64,000 nt of DNA from an uncultured Thermoproteaceae archaeon. GTDB taxonomy: Archaea > Thermoproteota > Thermoprotei > Thermoproteales > Thermocladiaceae. Positions 59,966-64,000 of this stretch are shown in pieces (the first letter of the stretch is position 1; each line of letters starts with the position of its first letter). The position numbers and the translations under genes are program-made. The notes under the pieces were generated by a model. That model worked only from the letters and a program-made list of their open reading frames with translations, was not told the DNA's origin and did no database searches. The DNA lies in contig CAZNTG010000003.1 in the NCBI GenBank assembly GCA_964575955.1, forward strand, positions 1 to 64,000, given 5' to 3'.

Positions 59966-60087
59966 TGGTGGGGCCGCCGGGATTTGAACCCGGGATCACT
60001 CGGGCTCTCGTACCCCACGGGCTTTTTAACATGTTGCCCGTGGGGGCATCCCAAGCCGAGCATCCTACCAGGCTAGACTACGGCCCC
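59966..60087 (-). tRNA. tRNA-Pro(TGG) with encoded CCA and 45-nt intron at 37/38 (60005-60049)
   Basis: GGGGCCG acceptor stem, CTCGG/CCGAG anticodon stem, GGTTCAAATCC T-loop, perfect bulge-helix-bulge (CUUG/CGAG helix, GG^A and AG^C bulges). Confidence 0.96.
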
Positions 60088-60198
60088 CTACTTCTTGTCA
60101 TTACTAGGATTTGTATAGGGTTTTAATTCTTTTCTTTATGTCTTTAATAGTCCTGTCTTGGTTAAGCATATTACTAAAATCTACATTAACGTTTTTCC

Positions 60199-60714
60199 AT
60201 GCCTTCACTTAGTGTACATCTACTTATTGGTCTTGTACTACTATCTTTGTGTTATTTAAATACTAGAGATCTTTTATCGAGCATTCTATGTCTACTATGT
60301 TCTATAATACCTGATGTAGATTCTATATTTGGGATTCATAGAAGTTTTATTACACACAACTTCTTGATACCTATAATCATGTTTCTATTTTCCATACTTT
60401 TCAAAATTATAGGTAGATTTAGACTTTCTAGAGTCTTCCTATGGTCTTCTATAGGATATTTTTCACATCTAATATTTGACATATTTACAGGATATGTAGC
60501 ATTGATGTATCCAATATTTAACATCTGTATATCTTCTAGACTTATTGTTCAATATTTTGGAAGATTTAAAGTTAGCATATTCTCTAACTTATCTATACTA
60601 CCATGTTCTCTAGTTCCAAGACATGTAATTTATATGTCTGATAAAATTATGATAATAGTATTTATATTCACCTTAATAGTACTTATACTAGTACTGAAAA
60701 GTCATGTTAAATAG
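60199..60714 (+). CDS. Membrane metal-dependent hydrolase (YdjM/DUF457-like)
   Basis: H..IG, PDVD, HRSFITHN, SHLIFD. Confidence 0.85.
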   Translation: MPSLSVHLLIGLVLLSLCYLNTRDLLSSILCLLCSIIPDVDSIFGIHRSFITHNFLIPIIMFLFSILFKIIGRFRLSRVFLWSSIGYFSHLIFDIFTGYVALMYPIFNICISSRLIVQYFGRFKVSIFSNLSILPCSLVPRHVIYMSDKIMIIVFIFTLIVLILVLKSHVK

Positions 60715-62092
60715 ATATATCACAATACTTGTTAGAGGTAAGAAAGATAGAGATGTTATTGAACATGTAGTTGATAGATATTATACTGATTGGAGAGGTT
60801 TGATAAGTATAGAGACTTTTACCGAGAGAAGTATTGATAGACTAGTTGATAGAATTAGAGAGTTGTTAAAAAACGTTAATTCTAGCGGCTATATTCTTAC
60901 AATATTAGGTAGAGATGATATAGCTAATGGTGATGTTAAAGATTTAGAATATGTATATAAGTATCCTAACATTTCCATATTAAAGGTTAGAACTTCAAAA
61001 GTTAGAAATATGAGACCTTTAGAACTTTTTGTTAATATTGAGAAATGTAAGGCAGATATTAGACTTAGAGTATCATGGTTAAGAAATACTTCAACATACG
61101 TATTAGGATATTTAAACAATTTAAGAGATGTGCATGTTAAAATTATTGAAAATATTCATCCACTATATGATGTATATCTAGTCTTTGGTAATGAAGCTAT
61201 CAGAAATATCGAACATATCATTAATAAGGATTTAGATACGAATACATTACTCATAGTTAAGAGATTACATGATGAGCATGATGTATATATTGGAGATAGA
61301 AAATTTTGTAGATTGGCGATTCCTGAAAATGATGAACCATATGTTAAATATATTAAAGATACGTTAAGTAACGTATATGTTAATCTTAAGGATGGTATTG
61401 AGCTTAGTTATAACTTCTTGAAAATTCATGAGAATATAGCTATAAATCTTATAAGAAGTGTGTTTGAGGTTAGTAATTTTGATAGAGTTGTAGTTCCTTG
61501 GAGTGGTGGTAAAGATAGTACTGCATGTCTTATACTTTCAATTAAAGCTTTAGGTAAGGATTTAGTTACTCCAATATTTGTAGATATGGGTTTAGAATTT
61601 GATTTAAATAGGATGTATGTGGAGTATGTTTCAGATCTACTACATGTAGATGTGGAGATTGGACATGTAGATCTTCTATCTGAACTCTCTAGAAGAGAAT
61701 TGCCTTCACATGAGTTTAGATGGTGTACTAAGTTGAAGATTAGAGAACTTTATAGAATTATGAAGAAGATATCTGATAAACCTCTAGTTGTTGTTGGTGA
61801 TAGAGATACAGAATCATTACTTAGACTTAAGAGAGCACCTGTTAGAAAGCATGAGTGGATTACTCAGGTTGCACCATTAAAATTTTGGAGTAGTATTATG
61901 GTTCAATATTACCTACTTCTAAACAAGGTACCTATAAATCCACTCTACATGTTAGGTTTTTACAGACTTGGATGTTATATCTGTCCTGCATATAGGATAT
62001 ATGAGCTTAATCTAGCTGAGAAAGTTCTCAAGATTGATAATTATGAGACTTTTTACAATATTTTAAAAGAACAATCTTATTTAATCTATTAA
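60704..62092 (+). CDS. PAPS-reductase-family protein with distinct N-terminal domain
   Basis: WSGGKDS, RWCTKLK, GDRDTES..R, RLGCYICP; no ferredoxin tail. Confidence 0.85.
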   Translation: MLNRYITILVRGKKDRDVIEHVVDRYYTDWRGLISIETFTERSIDRLVDRIRELLKNVNSSGYILTILGRDDIANGDVKDLEYVYKYPNISILKVRTSKVRNMRPLELFVNIEKCKADIRLRVSWLRNTSTYVLGYLNNLRDVHVKIIENIHPLYDVYLVFGNEAIRNIEHIINKDLDTNTLLIVKRLHDEHDVYIGDRKFCRLAIPENDEPYVKYIKDTLSNVYVNLKDGIELSYNFLKIHENIAINLIRSVFEVSNFDRVVVPWSGGKDSTACLILSIKALGKDLVTPIFVDMGLEFDLNRMYVEYVSDLLHVDVEIGHVDLLSELSRRELPSHEFRWCTKLKIRELYRIMKKISDKPLVVVGDRDTESLLRLKRAPVRKHEWITQVAPLKFWSSIMVQYYLLLNKVPINPLYMLGFYRLGCYICPAYRIYELNLAEKVLKIDNYETFYNILKEQSYLIY

Positions 62093-62864
62093 CCTTCTCA
62101 ACTTTAATAATACCCTTCTCTTCAAGTCTCCTAACATATCTCCACAATGTTGTTCTCGGAATATCTAACAATCTATACAGCTCACTCTGTAACATACTTC
62201 CACCTCTACTTATCAACAATTCAACTATTCTCTTCTCAATATCACTAAGATCTTCATATTCTAAATCTTTTTTCTCTTCCACTTTTCTAATATCTGTTCT
62301 AAATCTATATTTTAAATATTTGAAATATAGTACTGTTAGTACAATTATTATAGTTATAATGATTATAATGTATATGTAGTTTAGAATTTCTATAGTAGAT
62401 TTATGTCTAGTATTTATATATGGAATCACTATGTAGTGTATTTCATATATATGATCTGGACTTAATATAGCACATGTAGTATTTATAAATTCTATATATT
62501 TAATGTCTTCCAAGTTTGGTATTAGTAGTATATTATTACTCCATCTCAATATTGCGTATTTATATATTTTTGATAGATCTATGTCTAGTATAAACGTTGA
62601 ATTTTTAATGTTAGGATATGCTACATATTCTATCTCTATATTTCTACATGTTGTTGGATTTACTATACTTATAGTATTGTTATAGTATTTGAATGGTATT
62701 GGAGTATTATTACATTTTTCAAGTACTAGTATTGTACTTTGTAGAGGTTTTATTGGTAATGTAGTGTTTATGTATGATAGTTCTGGTATTTGCATATTTA
62801 TGCTTACTATTGCTGTTCCTCCAAGAGTTATGTTTATGATTAATATTGCTATTATCAATACCAC
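62028..62864 (-). CDS. Membrane-anchored protein with C-terminal winged-helix (MarR-like) domain
   Basis: Signal/TM, extracellular region with NxT/S sequons, TM, then LSDIEKRIVELL..GG..QSEL..TTLWR..RLEEKG. Confidence 0.82.
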   Translation of the reverse strand: MVLIIAILIINITLGGTAIVSINMQIPELSYINTTLPIKPLQSTILVLEKCNNTPIPFKYYNNTISIVNPTTCRNIEIEYVAYPNIKNSTFILDIDLSKIYKYAILRWSNNILLIPNLEDIKYIEFINTTCAILSPDHIYEIHYIVIPYINTRHKSTIEILNYIYIIIIITIIIVLTVLYFKYLKYRFRTDIRKVEEKKDLEYEDLSDIEKRIVELLISRGGSMLQSELYRLLDIPRTTLWRYVRRLEEKGIIKVEKVNRLNKIVLLKYCKKSHNYQS

Positions 62865-62922
62865 ACTTAGCTACTTGTCTTGACGTACTACTTTATATAT
62901 TCGATTTTCAATCTTTTAAGAG

Positions 62923-63645
62923 ATGGGTACTGTATACATAATTGGTGCTGGTCCTGGAGATCCTGAGCTTATTACTTTAAAAGGTTTGAAGAGATTGAAA
63001 GATTCTGACATTGTTCTCTATGATAGACTTGTTAATCGTGATATTTTGAAGTTTGCTAAGAGAGGTGCAAAGTTGATATATGTTGGTAAAGAACCTGGTA
63101 GACATGAGTATTCTCAAGATGATATTATAAACATGATGATAGAATATGCGAAAGAGGGGTATAATGTTGCTAGACTTCATGGTGGTGATCCATTTCTATT
63201 TGGTAGAGGTTTTGAAGAGATACTCAAACTTAGAGAGGAAGGTATTAGGTATGAGATAATTCCAGGAGTATCATCAATATATGCAGTACCTGAATACTTC
63301 GAAATTCCACTAGTATTAAGAGGCTATGCTAGCAGTTTTGCAGTTGCTACAGGAATGGAAGATCCTAAGAAAGGTAGAAAATTTGTAGATTTCAGAAAAA
63401 TTTCAAATAGTGTAGATACAATAGTGATAGTTATGGGTGCTAAAAATATTAAAAATATAGTTAAAGAATTAGTAGAAGGTGGTAAAGATTTAGAAACACC
63501 AATAGCAATACTTAGAGCATATATAGGTGAAGAATTGAAAATAATAACAACATTAAAAGAAATATTAACAAAAGATATAAATGTAGAACCTCCAGTAGTA
63601 ATAGTTGTAGGAGATGTATTGAGAGTAATTAATAAATTACGATAA
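62923..63645 (+). CDS. cobA: Uroporphyrinogen-III C-methyltransferase
   Basis: GAGPGDPELIT, YDRLV, VGK, RLHGGDPFLFGRG.EE, PGVSS. Confidence 0.95.
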   Translation: MGTVYIIGAGPGDPELITLKGLKRLKDSDIVLYDRLVNRDILKFAKRGAKLIYVGKEPGRHEYSQDDIINMMIEYAKEGYNVARLHGGDPFLFGRGFEEILKLREEGIRYEIIPGVSSIYAVPEYFEIPLVLRGYASSFAVATGMEDPKKGRKFVDFRKISNSVDTIVIVMGAKNIKNIVKELVEGGKDLETPIAILRAYIGEELKIITTLKEILTKDINVEPPVVIVVGDVLRVINKLR

Positions 63646-64000
63646 TGGATAGATATCAATATTACCTACTGTTCCTATGATGTATCCTGTCAGAACTTCG
63701 CCGTTGATAACATGTATTTGATATGAAATACCAATGCCTAGATTATATGATGGATACAGCGTTTTCCAAAGTTGTATTATTTCAGAGAGGTCTGTTGTTA
63801 AGTTAGCTACGGGTACAACTACATAGTTGATATACCATGTCGGATAAACTTCTCCATATATGTATATTAAGGTTGTCTCATTCTTAAAAACAACTACTTG
63901 TTGACCTTGGTATACATAGTATATCTCGAATACTACCGAGACGTTTACATATATGTACGATGGTAAATTAAGGAGTAAAGAGAGTAGAGATGGATAAACG
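63637..64000 (-). CDS. C-terminal part of a probable secreted/surface protein (5' end outside window; not in ORF track)
   Basis: Open frame VYPSLLSLLLNLPSYIYVNVSV...NETT...NLTT...IDIYPLS-stop, rich in Y/V/I with three N-glycosylation sequons. Confidence 0.6.
   Translation of the reverse strand, partial: VYPSLLSLLLNLPSYIYVNVSVVFEIYYVYQGQQVVVFKNETTLIYIYGEVYPTWYINYVVVPVANLTTDLSEIIQLWKTLYPSYNLGIGISYQIHVINGEVLTGYIIGTVGNIDIYPLS

Noticed and set aside
59961-60032. N-terminal extension of the 337-aa ORF (MLKSPWGTRARVIPGSNPGGPT)
   Set aside because: It is a translation of the tRNA-Pro 3' half and intron. It resembles the att-derived peptide in SSV-type integrases, but the ORF has no tyrosine-recombinase motifs and there is no second tRNA fragment in the window.
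23-63659. Numerous antisense or nested ORFs in the track (e.g. 323-673, 2560-3075, 20820-21371, 32482-32964, 46514-46816, 48910-49392)
   Set aside because: Shadow frames of well-supported genes, with Ser/Ile/Leu-rich low-complexity translations and no motifs.

Overview
AT-rich archaeal chromosomal segment, most likely from an uncultured Thermoproteales-type crenarchaeon. This rests on an unsplit RpoB, a Cdc6 with a DD Walker B, a divergent uL11 and a BHB tRNA intron. It is mostly densely packed housekeeping DNA: RNA polymerase, translation, replication (cdc6, GINS-PriS-PCNA), tRNA modification, AglB, an ABC transporter and cofactor genes. Features absent from the ORF track include four C/D-box sRNAs, an intron-containing tRNA-Pro(TGG), rpl39e and two edge-truncated ORFs. 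The most unusual locus is 45.8-46.25 kb. There a single small Zn-ribbon/coiled-coil gene resembling the SSV1 integrase N-terminal domain is bracketed by 30-bp self-palindromic inverted repeats, at a sharp, gene-orientation-independent switch in strand composition. Also notable are three PAPS-reductase/DndC-like paralogues, two solo Cas4-like nucleases and an orphan fwdA. No CRISPR array, rRNA or transposase was seen. All calls are by-eye motif recognition; no searches were run.
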